From: Candidatus Nomurabacteria bacterium
GTDB taxonomy: Bacteria; Patescibacteriota; Minisyncoccia; Phycocordibacterales; UBA9973
Reading direction: 5' to 3'
Length of the DNA: 64,000 bases
NCBI GenBank assembly: GCA_026395965.1
Contig: JAPLXS010000012.1
Coordinates: 36,116-100,115, forward strand
Positions 1 through 9,943 of this stretch are shown here, in pieces. Both the position numbers and the translations under genes were made by a program. Below the pieces are notes generated by a model. That model was not told the DNA's origin. It saw nothing but the letters and a program-made list of their open reading frames with translations, and made no database searches. Numbering within the stretch: the first letter of the stretch is position 1; each line of letters opens with the position of its first letter.

Positions 1-1
1 T

Positions 2-118
2 ATGTTTTGGTTATATGGTGTATGTTGTTTGATGGTTGCGCTTGCAGGAATAATATCTTTTGCAAGTTTTTTTGAAAAAACAAAAACAGAAACAACAAAA
101 AATGATGTTCCTATTTAG
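2..118 (+). CDS. 3' end of a hydrophobic (membrane) protein, partial at window edge
   Basis: Open frame from the window edge to TAG at 116-118. The translation (..MFWLYGVCCLMVALAGIISFASFFEK..) is hydrophobic, and a terminator hairpin follows directly. Confidence 0.3.
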   Translation: MFWLYGVCCLMVALAGIISFASFFEKTKTETTKNDVPI

Positions 119-146
119 CTATCTTTAAAAAAGAAAAAATCAAAAT

Positions 147-180
147 ACCTAGAAATATAAAATATTTCTAGGTATTTTTT
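147..180. terminator. Bidirectional rho-independent terminator hairpin (acctagaaata..tatttctaggt) plus T-run
   Basis: Perfect 11-bp inverted repeat followed by TTTTTT. Lies between convergent genes. Confidence 0.6.
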
Positions 181-200
181 AATTTCAGATGATTTGAAAA

Positions 201-1136
201 TTATTCAACGATTGCACTCATTTCATGATTGAATGCTTTTGAAGCTTGTACTATATATTGAGCTATATTCTTTTTGAAATATGGTTCATGTTGTTTTTGT
301 ATTTTAGATATTACATAGTATCCTATTGCCATCATGGTTACATAATCTGCGTTTTCTGGTAGTGGTATATAGAGTCTGTTTTGGGGATCACCATAGGTAT
401 CATTTTTATCACCAAAACTTATAAATAGTTCATTTGCAGGAACTACAGTTACTGCATGCTTCATATACTCTGTCGTCTCTACATCGTGAGCTATTATTCT
501 ACCAAATAATTCTATAAATTTAACTTGTAACATTCTAATTATTCCAGAAAATTTTGTAGGAACTATAAGAAAATATTTTTCATATTTTGAAAAAAATGTC
601 ATATCTATGGTATCAATATTTTTTTCTATAAAATTTTGAATATCAGATGTGTTTTCATGTGTTTTACCAAGAATCATCCCCATATAGGTAGATGTATTGT
701 ATGTATATGGTTCTCTATTTTTGGGAAATATAAATACATCTTTACTATCTACAAATTTTATCGCTTCTGCATCTTTGTTGTTTGTAATAAGTACTACACG
801 TTTTCCTAGCTCTTTTGCACGCTTTGCTATAATAGGTGCATGTTTTCCACCTGATGCAGAAATAACTATTACACTATCTATAGTTTTTATGTTTTCTAGT
901 TTTTGTTCATAGTTACTCTCAGAAGCAAATATTGCATCTTTTTCTTCAAATATAATCCTACCAGTAGCTTCTGCATTACCAGATCCTATAATCAGAGGAT
1001 GGTGGTATTCATCTAGATTTATTTTTGGTAATTCTTCTTTTTGGAAAAGTTCCAAAGCTCCTAAAACAACTATATCCAAATCAGGGATATTTTCTAGATC
1101 GAAACTTTTTAATATTTCTATATTTTTTGTATTCAT
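201..1136 (-). CDS. SIS-domain sugar-phosphate isomerase, possibly bifunctional phosphoglucose/phosphomannose isomerase-like
   Basis: SIS-like motif SASGGKHAPIIAKRAKELGKRVVLITNN. Its size and its position next to the Zwf-Gnd fusion fit a PGI-like role. The start was moved to the internal Met (MNTKNIEIL) at 1136 to avoid a 44-nt overlap; the track ORF extends to 1181. Confidence 0.5.
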   Translation of the reverse strand: MNTKNIEILKSFDLENIPDLDIVVLGALELFQKEELPKINLDEYHHPLIIGSGNAEATGRIIFEEKDAIFASESNYEQKLENIKTIDSVIVISASGGKHAPIIAKRAKELGKRVVLITNNKDAEAIKFVDSKDVFIFPKNREPYTYNTSTYMGMILGKTHENTSDIQNFIEKNIDTIDMTFFSKYEKYFLIVPTKFSGIIRMLQVKFIELFGRIIAHDVETTEYMKHAVTVVPANELFISFGDKNDTYGDPQNRLYIPLPENADYVTMMAIGYYVISKIQKQHEPYFKKNIAQYIVQASKAFNHEMSAIVE

Positions 1137-1137
1137 A

Positions 1138-3528
1138 TTATTTATTTTCTTTGTTATTAATATTTGAAATATGTCCTCCAAATTGGTGTCTCATAGCAGA
1201 AAGAACTCGTCCAGTAAATGATGGATTTTCTTTTGATTTTTTTCTAAACTCTAGTGACCCTTCAATGATGGGGACAGATACATTTAATTCTTTTGCTGCA
1301 TCTACTGTCCATTGTCCTTCTCCACTGTGCGCTACTACAGGTGAACAAGATTCTTCATCTTCTAGATTTTCACCAAATTTAGCAAATGCTTCAGACAACC
1401 ATCCAACTAGACTCGATGATACAACTGAACCATGGTTATATATATTGGTTATAGAAAGCATATTTAAAGAAAAAGGGGATTTCTTTAAAACTTCAAATCC
1501 TTCAGCTATAGATTGCATCATTCCGTATTCAATACCATTGTGTACCATTTTAACAAAATGACCTGCACCAGATTTACCCATATATCCATAGCCATCTTTT
1601 ACTGACATATCTCTAAACAGATTCTCGTATTTTTTATATAGCTCTGGTTCACCGCCTACCATAGTACAAGCTCCTTCTAGTGCTCCACCTGGCCCACCAG
1701 ATACACCAACGTCCAAAAAGTTGATTCCAACTTCTGATAGTTTAATTCCTCTTCGTATAGATTCCTTGTAGGGAGAATTTCCTCCGTCTATTATAGTATC
1801 TCCTTTTTCTAGTAGGGGAATAAGTGAGTCGATAACAGCATCTACTGCCTGATGAGGAACCATGAGCCATACACTACGAGGTACAGTGAGCTTGCTTACA
1901 AATTCATTGAGTGAGTATGCTCCTTGTATTCCCTCAGATTCGAGTTGTTTTGTGGCAGATTCTTCTTGATTGTATCCTATTACATTCCAATTTTTTGAAT
2001 GTAATAGTCTAGCAATATTGGCGCCCATTTTACCTAAACCAATGATTCCTATTTCTCCTGCAATTTCTTTTTTTAATTCATTTACTGTTTCTGTTTTTAT
2101 ATTCTTTGATTCTAGTAGTATATTTGGCTCGTATTCTTTTAAGGGAACAAGATTTTCTGCCCAACCTTTTAAGATAGGGTCAGTAAATTTCCATGAAGAT
2201 ATTACCTCATCAGAAGAAATAAATAGTGTTTGGTTTCCTTCCATTGCAGTATAAATAATTTTGGCATATTCTTCTATGTATTGAACTTTTGTTTCTTTTT
2301 CATAAAGGAAAAATGACAAAACACGTTCCTCTATAACTTGGTCGAAACCAGGTTTTTTTGTCCAGAAATTTATAGTGACTTCATCATTTGGTTCAAGTCT
2401 AAAAATTATTCTATTCGGAGTGTGTTTTCCATCTTCACACAAAAGACATACTTGTGGGTTTTTTAGAGTTAAAACTATTTCTTTTTGTGATTTTCCAGTA
2501 GATTTACCAGCTTCCATAAATATTGGAATACCTTTCCATCTAGGATGCAAAAGTTCTGTTTTAAGTAGGAAATATGTTTCAGTTGTAGAATTTGGATTTA
2601 CGCCCTTAACATTTTTGTAACCTTTATATTGTGATCTAAAAGTATTTTTACGTATAGATTCATCTGTCCAACTACTAAGTGCTTTCAAAATCAATGCTCT
2701 GTTTTCACGAACAGAAGAAACTCCCATTTCTATAGGATATTCAGAGGTTATAGCTGCAAGCATTGTCAAAATATGGTTTTGTCCAACATCACGAAGAGCT
2801 CCTACTGAGTCATAGAAGCTACCTCTGTCTTCTACTCCTATAGACTCTAACAGTCTTATATCTATTTTTTCTATCATGGTGTTGTCCCATGTGTTTTCAA
2901 AAAGATTATTTGAAAAACGAAAATTTTCTATTCCTTGAATTATTTCTTTAAAAAGATAGTGATCGATTCTATATATTTGTTCTTCTTTAAAATATAGAGA
3001 AAGAAGAGCTTGAAGTTTCTCAGCACTCGCAAGATCTGTGCCAAAGGGTTTTTCTATTAGTATACGGCTCCATCCTAAATCTCCTCCACATGGAATATTT
3101 AATTTTACAGAAGCAAGATTTTCAAAAATATTGGCATAAGCAGATGGCGGTACCGCTAGGTAGTAGAGTTTGTTTGCACAGATACTCCAATTGTTTTCTA
3201 TTTCTGTTATATGCTTAGAAAGGGAATTGTATGATTCTATGTCTTCAAATGTCCCAGCTTCATAAGAAAAAATTTTGAAAAATGACTCAAAATCTTTCTC
3301 ATCAATTTTCGTATCTATGTGTTTATCCAATGAACTAATGATCAAATGCCTTAATTCATCACTAGTAAGCTCTCTTCTTGAAAATCCTATAATTGCAAGG
3401 TGTGTAGGTAAACGATTATGAATAAAAAGATGCCAAAGAGATGGAATTATTTTTTTTGCTGCTAGGTCTCCAGTTATTCCAAAGATGGTAAATATTGAAG
3501 GTATATTGTTTATGGCTTTTTTATTCAT
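1138..3528 (-). CDS. zwf-gnd: Fusion protein: glucose-6-phosphate 1-dehydrogenase (N-terminal ~480 aa) fused to short-form 6-phosphogluconate dehydrogenase (C-terminal ~310 aa)
   Basis: The N-terminus FGITGDLAAKKIIPSLWHLF matches the G6PD NADP-binding signature. The C-terminal half has a GIIGLGKMGANIARLL Rossmann fold and GAGHFVKMVHNGIEYGMMQ, the 6PGDH signature. The 796-aa frame is continuous. Confidence 0.8.
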   Translation of the reverse strand: MNKKAINNIPSIFTIFGITGDLAAKKIIPSLWHLFIHNRLPTHLAIIGFSRRELTSDELRHLIISSLDKHIDTKIDEKDFESFFKIFSYEAGTFEDIESYNSLSKHITEIENNWSICANKLYYLAVPPSAYANIFENLASVKLNIPCGGDLGWSRILIEKPFGTDLASAEKLQALLSLYFKEEQIYRIDHYLFKEIIQGIENFRFSNNLFENTWDNTMIEKIDIRLLESIGVEDRGSFYDSVGALRDVGQNHILTMLAAITSEYPIEMGVSSVRENRALILKALSSWTDESIRKNTFRSQYKGYKNVKGVNPNSTTETYFLLKTELLHPRWKGIPIFMEAGKSTGKSQKEIVLTLKNPQVCLLCEDGKHTPNRIIFRLEPNDEVTINFWTKKPGFDQVIEERVLSFFLYEKETKVQYIEEYAKIIYTAMEGNQTLFISSDEVISSWKFTDPILKGWAENLVPLKEYEPNILLESKNIKTETVNELKKEIAGEIGIIGLGKMGANIARLLHSKNWNVIGYNQEESATKQLESEGIQGAYSLNEFVSKLTVPRSVWLMVPHQAVDAVIDSLIPLLEKGDTIIDGGNSPYKESIRRGIKLSEVGINFLDVGVSGGPGGALEGACTMVGGEPELYKKYENLFRDMSVKDGYGYMGKSGAGHFVKMVHNGIEYGMMQSIAEGFEVLKKSPFSLNMLSITNIYNHGSVVSSSLVGWLSEAFAKFGENLEDEESCSPVVAHSGEGQWTVDAAKELNVSVPIIEGSLEFRKKSKENPSFTGRVLSAMRHQFGGHISNINNKENK

Positions 3529-3775
3529 TTTTTATAATAAGTTATTTATAATGTTTAATAATTGTATCATTTGCACAAAATTCTACAAAAGAATTATATA
3601 CCATAAAGCATAACATCGATTTATGAACATTTGATGAATGTATTTTTACTTAAAATAGTAATTTTTAAAATTTTATGCTGATTTTTGGGTTTTATTAAAA
3701 GTAATTTGTAATATTTCGTTTATTTAATAAAGCTCCAATAGATGGAGCTTTTTATTTGTATAATTATTTTAATGT

Positions 3776-4291
3776 TTAATATGACATTCCAATTTCAAAG
3801 CCAGGAAGCATATATGTATCTGTAGTTTCTAGACTGGCTACTACTAACATATAATTTGTTGGATCATCTCGTTTTGGGTTATAAACATATTCATATCTAA
3901 AAAGTCGTATGTAAGAACTTCCATCTGGGGATGTTAATTCTGAAGTTTTATTACAAGAACTTCCACATGGGTCTACTGGTAGATTTTTCATATAGGGTTT
4001 AAGTGCTGTTTCCAACTCTGCCCAAGTGTTTGATCCTCCATCATCAGACCAAGCAAAACAAGCATTAGATAACCAATCACATCCATCAAAATCCGGTGCA
4101 TGACCATTAGCAGATACGTACAGAGCTACCGCATTATTGATTTCATTGATATCTCTCATTCTTCTTGCGTCACGAGCTTTAGCACGAGCAGAGTTGAGAG
4201 CTGCCAATATGACTGAGGATAGTATACCAATGATGGCTATGACCACTAGGAGTTCGATGAGGGTGAAGCCTTGGTTTTTCTTATTTATCAT
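3776..4291 (-). CDS. Type IV pilin / pseudopilin with prepilin N-terminal methylation motif
   Basis: MINKKNQG|FTLIELLVVIAIIGIL is a class III signal peptide with a conserved Glu5. Confidence 0.8.
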   Translation of the reverse strand: MINKKNQGFTLIELLVVIAIIGILSSVILAALNSARAKARDARRMRDINEINNAVALYVSANGHAPDFDGCDWLSNACFAWSDDGGSNTWAELETALKPYMKNLPVDPCGSSCNKTSELTSPDGSSYIRLFRYEYVYNPKRDDPTNYMLVVASLETTDTYMLPGFEIGMSY

Positions 4292-4373
4292 ACATTCAAT
4301 TTTAACATTTATTTTTTACACTAACAATTGATATTTGATTATTAATATAATAATAAAAATCGAAAATATGCAA

Positions 4374-5525
4374 TTAATTTTTTGTAGCGGTATTCTCTAC
4401 TAAGTATTTTTTAATATTTAGTTGGTGCTCCTCGTACGTAACGGAGCAATGTGTAATATGATTTTTGTCATGAATGTAATACAAACAATCCGTAGTTTCT
4501 GGGTGAAGTACAGCTTCTATGGCTGGTACACCAGGATTCGAGATAGGGTGAGGAGGAAGACCTTTATATTTATATGTATTAAATGGTGAGTCGGTTTGTT
4601 TGTCAGATATTGAGATAGGGTACCACCATCCTTTACCTGTATCTCCTCGTGTGTATTGCAGTGTTGCATCTACTCCGAGTGCCATGTTTTGGTTTAATCT
4701 ATTCCACAAAATACCAGCTATAAGTGCCATATCTTTATCGCCAGATGCTTCTCTTTGGACAATAGATGCCAGAGTGAGAGCTCTAGTCCATTTTATATTT
4801 TTTGTTGTGAATTGAGGTAAATATGGATAAAAATTTTCATTAAATTTTGCGATGAGACGTTTCGCTACAAGTGCAGGTTCCTCTATAACTGGTATTAGAT
4901 ATGTATCAGGATAATAAACTCCTTCTGTATATTCAGGACTGATCGTTGTATCAATTGTCACCCAATTACTTTTTTGCTTGGAAGTCCATCCTAAGGCATT
5001 TGCTAGTATCGTTGCAATTTCTTCTTTTCTCAATCCTTCTTTTATTACAACCCATTTCATATATGGCTTTGTATGAAGAACTTTATTTATTTGAGATGCG
5101 TTCATTGTTTTAGATAACTTGTATGCACCAGGTGTAACTGCAACTTTTTGTTTTTCAAGTGATGCTAAAAAACCCTTAGTATCAGTTATAAATTCGCCTT
5201 TATTTAGATTTTCTACTATTTTATCATTGGTATCATCGAGAGATACATTGAAGCGGTCAGTTCCTTCGGGTAAAACTTCCTCTGGAGGGGGAATACTAGC
5301 TTCTTTTTTGGGTACTAAAACTACTGGTTCTTTAACATTGGGAATATCTGTTTCTTTTGATATTTGAGTATTTGGCATGCTTTCTTGTTTTATATTTATA
5401 TCTGTTGTTTTGTGTAATTTAGGGTACAAGAAATACCAACCAGCTGAAAAAAGTATTGCAATAATGATTCCTATTAAAATATTTTTTGATAATGTTTGCA
5501 TATATCTAGTATAACAATTAAACAT
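4374..5525 (-). CDS. mltG: Endolytic murein transglycosylase MltG (YceG family)
   Basis: N-terminal TM helix, a YceG-like domain (..YYPDTYLIP.., LASIVQREA), and matching length. Confidence 0.7.
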   Translation of the reverse strand: MFNCYTRYMQTLSKNILIGIIIAILFSAGWYFLYPKLHKTTDINIKQESMPNTQISKETDIPNVKEPVVLVPKKEASIPPPEEVLPEGTDRFNVSLDDTNDKIVENLNKGEFITDTKGFLASLEKQKVAVTPGAYKLSKTMNASQINKVLHTKPYMKWVVIKEGLRKEEIATILANALGWTSKQKSNWVTIDTTISPEYTEGVYYPDTYLIPVIEEPALVAKRLIAKFNENFYPYLPQFTTKNIKWTRALTLASIVQREASGDKDMALIAGILWNRLNQNMALGVDATLQYTRGDTGKGWWYPISISDKQTDSPFNTYKYKGLPPHPISNPGVPAIEAVLHPETTDCLYYIHDKNHITHCSVTYEEHQLNIKKYLVENTATKN

Positions 5526-5583
5526 TTATTATGAAATAATAAAAAACCCCATACATAGTACGGGGTAGAGATTTGTAAAACCT

Positions 5584-6168
5584 CTAAAACTTTTTAGAAC
5601 ACTCTTTAAGTATTGAAAGTTGTTTAAGTATTCCTTTTGTGTGCGTAAGAACAAAATTTCCAGCTTGATAGTCGTTTATACAATGCCAAGTAGAAATATA
5701 ACCTTCTCCAAATTTAGCTTTTCGAGATAGTCCGCTGTTCTCTGCTTCAAATTTTTGTTGATTTTTAAGCCAATATGAAGCTGATTTTGTGTGAATTCCA
5801 TAAATATCTCCAAGAAATACTTTTTTAGGAGTAACTTTTTCTCCTGTCTGTGTACGGTTGAAACCAAAAGGATTTCTGCCGGATTCTTCGAAATGTTTCT
5901 GTAATACCTTAAGTGCATGTATCGTCTGATTAAGTTGGCCATAATTTTTCTTTTCCAATTTCAGTATTATTTTACTGAAACCACTTTTGTCATGAAAAGG
6001 AGAAATGACTTTGAATAATCTAACGATAGCCTCGACCCTGTTTTTCATTTTTGAAATTTCTTCCATTTCTTTTTCTAGAAAAGAAAGATCATTTTGAATA
6101 AGATTAAGGTCGTTTGCTACAGGTTTGAAAATTGAATTAAATATTTTAAATATTTTACTTGCTTTCAT
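5584..6168 (-). CDS. Hypothetical protein
   Basis: Long ORF with a coiled-coil N-terminal half and no recognisable motif. Confidence 0.45.
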   Translation of the reverse strand: MKASKIFKIFNSIFKPVANDLNLIQNDLSFLEKEMEEISKMKNRVEAIVRLFKVISPFHDKSGFSKIILKLEKKNYGQLNQTIHALKVLQKHFEESGRNPFGFNRTQTGEKVTPKKVFLGDIYGIHTKSASYWLKNQQKFEAENSGLSRKAKFGEGYISTWHCINDYQAGNFVLTHTKGILKQLSILKECSKKF

Positions 6169-6194
6169 TTTATTTGGTTTTAATTGTTAAATTG

Positions 6195-6244
6195 TTTATT
6201 GAGTTATCTTAATCTCTATAAAGAAACTAAGATAACTCAATAAA
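6195..6244. promoter_or_regulatory. Perfect 17-bp inverted repeat (TTTATTGAGTTATCTTA-N16-TAAGATAACTCAATAAA) in a divergent promoter region; candidate operator
   Basis: Seen directly in the sequence. AT-rich arms with no flanking T-run argue against a terminator. It lies 27 nt upstream of the minus gene start at 6168 and 119 nt upstream of msrB. Confidence 0.4.
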
Positions 6245-6362
6245 TATATAGCAATATTGCCAAAATGTATTAAAGAACTATCTGTTTAAATGATAGCATA
6301 AATATACCCATTTGTCAATTTTAAAAAAAGATTATATATACAAAATTTGATATAATATAATC

Positions 6363-6722
6363 ATGAATAAAGAACTAACACCAGAAGAAAAGAGAGTAAT
6401 AATAGACAAGGGTACCGAGGCACCTTTTATAGGCGAGTACATAAACAATAAAGCGACGGGCGTGTATGTATGCAAGCAGTGCGGTAACCCTCTATACAAT
6501 TCCAAAGATAAATTTGAGTCAACTTGCGGATGGCCAAGTTTTGATAGTGAAATAGAAGGTGCTGTTTCTAGGAGTATAGATATAGATGGCGCGCGTACAG
6601 AGATAACTTGTGCCAAATGTGGAGGGCACCTAGGGCATGTATTTAAAGGCGAACATTTAACAGATAAAAATATACGACATTGTGTGAATTCCATATCAAT
6701 GAAGTTTATTGAAGGAAAATAA
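6363..6722 (+). CDS. msrB: Peptide methionine sulfoxide reductase MsrB
   Basis: SelR fold with CxxC..CxxC zinc motifs and a catalytic region [10 protein letters not shown]. Confidence 0.9.
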   Translation: MNKELTPEEKRVIIDKGTEAPFIGEYINNKATGVYVCKQCGNPLYNSKDKFESTCGWPSFDSEIEGAVSRSIDIDGARTEITCAKCGGHLGHVFKGEHLTDKNIRHCVNSISMKFIEGK

Positions 6723-6724
6723 TT

Positions 6725-7210
6725 ATGACAAAGAAAATAGTATTGGCAGGTGGATGTTTTTGGGGGCTACAAGAACTCATAAGAACTCAAGAGGGTGTAG
6801 TAGAAACACGAGTGGGATACACTGGTGGTGAAGTAGAGAATCCTACATATGAAAATCACAAAGGCCACGCAGAAGCAGTAGAGATATCTTATGATGACTC
6901 CAAAACCTCATATAAGAAATTATTAGACTTTTTCTTTCAAATACACAATCCGACTACACTAAACCAGCAAGGTAACGACAAAGGCACTTCATATCGATCA
7001 GCTATATTTTATGGTAGTGAGATAGAGTTAAAAGAAGCCAAAGATTTTATTGATATTGTAAATATGTCTAAGCGATGGGGTAATCCTGTAGTCACTACAT
7101 TAGAACCCTTAGGAGTATTTTATCCTGCCGAAGATTATCATCAAGATTATTTACAAAAGAATCCGGGTGGATACACTTGCCACGCTATATACTTTGATAG
7201 CTATTTATAG
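6725..7210 (+). CDS. msrA: Peptide methionine sulfoxide reductase MsrA
   Basis: GCFWG active-site motif near the N-terminus. It follows msrB with a 2-nt gap, forming an operon. Confidence 0.9.
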   Translation: MTKKIVLAGGCFWGLQELIRTQEGVVETRVGYTGGEVENPTYENHKGHAEAVEISYDDSKTSYKKLLDFFFQIHNPTTLNQQGNDKGTSYRSAIFYGSEIELKEAKDFIDIVNMSKRWGNPVVTTLEPLGVFYPAEDYHQDYLQKNPGGYTCHAIYFDSYL

Positions 7211-7254
7211 ATAAAAATGGCAAAAATAATTTATAATTAATTTGAAATAAAAAA

Positions 7255-8043
7255 ATGGAAAAAAATTTAATGCCACTTTTGTTTATCGGTCACGGAAGTC
7301 CAATGAATGCAATAGAAGACAATGAATTTACTAAAAACTTTGTTCGAGTAGCAAAAGAGATTGAAAGACCTAAAGCTATTGTATGTATTTCAGCTCATTG
7401 GTTTACAAATGGAACAAAAGTTACAGCTATGGAAAAACCGAAAACAATTCATGATTTTTTTGGTTTTCCGCAAGAACTTTACCATATAGATTATCCCGCA
7501 AACGGAGACATAGAACTTGCAAATGAGATAAAAAATCTATTTTCTCCTGTGAGTGTAGAGCTAAACAATGATTGGGGATTGGATCATGGTACATGGTCAA
7601 TTTTGAGACATATGTATCCAGATGCAGATATCCCTGTAGTACAGATTAGTATAGATTACAATGAGCATACACAGTATCATTTTGATTTATCCAAAAAGTT
7701 ATCTTCTTTGAGGTCAAAAGGTATTCTTATTATCGGTAGTGGAAATATTGTTCACAATTTGGGTAAAATAGATTTCAAAAATATCGAAACCAGCGACTAT
7801 GGGTATGATTGGGCAAAAAGTGCACAAAATAATGTGGATGCCAGTATAGTGAGTGGAGATTTCAATTTTTTAATTGATTACAAAAAAGATGGCAATGATC
7901 TAAACATGGCAATCCCAACACCAGAACATTTTTTACCCCTTATTTATATTTTAGGATTAAAAGAAGAAAATGAAAAAATTGAATTTTTTAATAATGTTTT
8001 AGTTGGTGGTTCTATAAGTATGACTTCATTAAAAATTTCATAA
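7255..8043 (+). CDS. Class III extradiol ring-cleavage dioxygenase (LigB/YgiD family, 4,5-DOPA dioxygenase-like)
   Basis: N-terminal LFIGHGSPMNA..ISAHW motif typical of the YgiD/LigB family; ~260 aa. Confidence 0.7.
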   Translation: MEKNLMPLLFIGHGSPMNAIEDNEFTKNFVRVAKEIERPKAIVCISAHWFTNGTKVTAMEKPKTIHDFFGFPQELYHIDYPANGDIELANEIKNLFSPVSVELNNDWGLDHGTWSILRHMYPDADIPVVQISIDYNEHTQYHFDLSKKLSSLRSKGILIIGSGNIVHNLGKIDFKNIETSDYGYDWAKSAQNNVDASIVSGDFNFLIDYKKDGNDLNMAIPTPEHFLPLIYILGLKEENEKIEFFNNVLVGGSISMTSLKIS

Positions 8044-8118
8044 TATAATACCAATATTAAAATACAAATAAAAAAGGCTTATCATAAATGATAAGCCTTT
8101 AAATGTTTTATGGATAAA

Positions 8119-8523
8119 TTATTTAAACTCAATCAGTAAACCTTTTTTAAATTCATAAAAAAGAGATAGAACAAGATTAAAAAATACACCACATAGTAAA
8201 CCAAAATAAATACCGCTAAGGAAATCAACTTTGTAAATAAAGAATGAAATAACACCAATAGGGATACCCATAATTAATCCAACGATAAGACCATTGGTGA
8301 GACCATTGACTGTCGAGAATACAAGACCTCCTTTATTAAATCTTTTTAACCTTCTTTTTACGCTTATTGCTAGGCATATATCTAGATTGATTAAAATATA
8401 TGAAGCAATAGGTACCCACATCAATTCTAGGTTTTCAAACGTGGTTTTTCCTGGACTGAGTCCTAGTATCTCCTTAAAGGAGGGTAATAGGTAGTCTGTG
8501 CACATCCAGTAAGTGAGCCACAT
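8119..8523 (-). CDS. Small multi-pass membrane protein, paralog of 9288..9764
   Basis: Hydrophobic. The shared N-terminal motif YLLPSFKEILGLSP matches YLLPGFNEILKLKP in 9288..9764. Confidence 0.5.
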   Translation of the reverse strand: MWLTYWMCTDYLLPSFKEILGLSPGKTTFENLELMWVPIASYILINLDICLAISVKRRLKRFNKGGLVFSTVNGLTNGLIVGLIMGIPIGVISFFIYKVDFLSGIYFGLLCGVFFNLVLSLFYEFKKGLLIEFK

Positions 8524-8730
8524 AGCAGCGATAAAAAATATTAATGTTACAATACTTCTTCTTTTTGAAATTGCTACATTGGTAGTAGCTGAAAATTTTT
8601 TTTTTTTTTTTTATTTATTTAAATAAGTTTGTTTAAAGACATAATACATTAAATATTATTAATGTCAATTATATATGAATTAACCACAATAGTTATTTTA
8701 ATATTCACAAAGGTAAATTAAACAAAAGAA

Positions 8731-8751
8731 AGGCCTACAATATGTAGGCCT
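8731..8751. terminator. Hairpin aggcctacaatatgtaggcct, terminator-like
   Basis: Perfect 8-bp GC-containing stem downstream of the minus gene 8792..9052. Confidence 0.45.
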
Positions 8752-8791
8752 AATGGATTTTATTTTTTAATCATAAATTAAGTTAAAAAAT

Positions 8792-9052
8792 TTATTTTAT
8801 TGTTGCCATGCTGGTTAAAAAATAAGCAGCAGTGTAAACAATAGATAAAATTAAAATTGTTTTGACTGTAAATCGTTTTTCTCTTTCTATGTAGAAAATT
8901 ACAAATACTCCTAAAATAAGCGGCACCCAATCAAAGATTTTGAATAGTATAGAGTAGTGACTTTGTGCAAATCCTGGAACATTTTTTAATACTGTAAAGA
9001 TACCAGAAGTAGCAATAAGAAAAAAACCGACTAGAGATAATAAATTTTTCAT
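8792..9052 (-). CDS. Small membrane protein
   Basis: Hydrophobic ORF. The start was chosen at the internal Met (MKNLLSLVG); the track ORF extends to 9109. Confidence 0.4.
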   Translation of the reverse strand: MKNLLSLVGFFLIATSGIFTVLKNVPGFAQSHYSILFKIFDWVPLILGVFVIFYIEREKRFTVKTILILSIVYTAAYFLTSMATIK

Positions 9053-9287
9053 TTTTTGTTTGATTTTAAAATTAATAATATTTATTAGAATTTCTCTATT
9101 CCTCTGCAATAGGGGAACAAAGAAATTCCAATAAATATTTCTAAAATCAAAATATCAAAGAACTAAATAACTGAAAAATAGTATCTCATAATTAAGTAAA
9201 TTTGTCAAGTTATAAAAAGGGTAGGAATTTACTTGCTATACAAATAAAAAAGCTCATCATTTCGATGAGCTTTTGTTGGGTTTGTGA

Positions 9288-9764
9288 TCATTTTCTTTTT
9301 AACAATATATATATGAGCAAAATACTAGCAGCGCATACTTGAGCACATATAAATACTAGACAAAGCAATAAACCATATATTAGACCCAATATGAAACTAA
9401 ATTGACCAAAAAGAAAACAATTAAAGACAACAATCAGAATAATAATTATATTAATATATAGATTCACAATAAATAATTTATATTTAAAAGAATTAATAAA
9501 ATCATATTCTTTATGTTTTTTTAAATTATTTTCTAGTATTTTAATTGTTAAAAATGCATACCATATAATTAAAATATAGGTTGTAATTGGCGTCAATATC
9601 AACCAGACTTGATTAATATTAATGGATTCAGGTTTTAATTTAAGTATTTCATTAAACCCAGGCAATAAATACCCGATGTATAAGTAGTAAGTAAATATAC
9701 TTGTTACCAAAGTATTTATTAACCATAATTGTTTTTTAGTAATTTTTCCGATTTTATTTTCCAT
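9288..9764 (-). CDS. Small multi-pass membrane protein, paralog of 8119..8523
   Basis: Shares an N-terminal motif with 8119..8523 and has several TM helices. A terminator hairpin (aaaaagctcatcatttcgatgagctttt) sits at 9250-9277. Confidence 0.5.
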   Translation of the reverse strand: MENKIGKITKKQLWLINTLVTSIFTYYLYIGYLLPGFNEILKLKPESININQVWLILTPITTYILIIWYAFLTIKILENNLKKHKEYDFINSFKYKLFIVNLYINIIIILIVVFNCFLFGQFSFILGLIYGLLLCLVFICAQVCAASILLIYILLKRK

Positions 9765-9943
9765 TCTTCAGTTATTTAATTGTTATATTTCAAAGTATTT
9801 TTTTTCATACTAACATGAAAAGTACAGCATGTAAATGGTTAGTGGCATGCGCATACACTATAGCAATTCATTGACAAATTGTAAAAATATGCTATTATAA
9901 AAATAAATAAATTGCTCATCGTCATTAATTAAAACTTGAAAAA

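Noticed and set aside
697-1561. Plus-strand ORFs 697..912 and 1025..1561, and many similar 60-180-aa ORFs antisense to long genes (for example 1970..2254, 33817..34041, 38763..39269, 45893..46249)
   Set aside because: Each is antisense to a well-supported conserved gene, with a low-complexity translation, and they are treated as shadow ORFs.
6332-6694. 120-aa minus-strand ORF
   Set aside because: It is antisense to msrB, which has strong family signatures.
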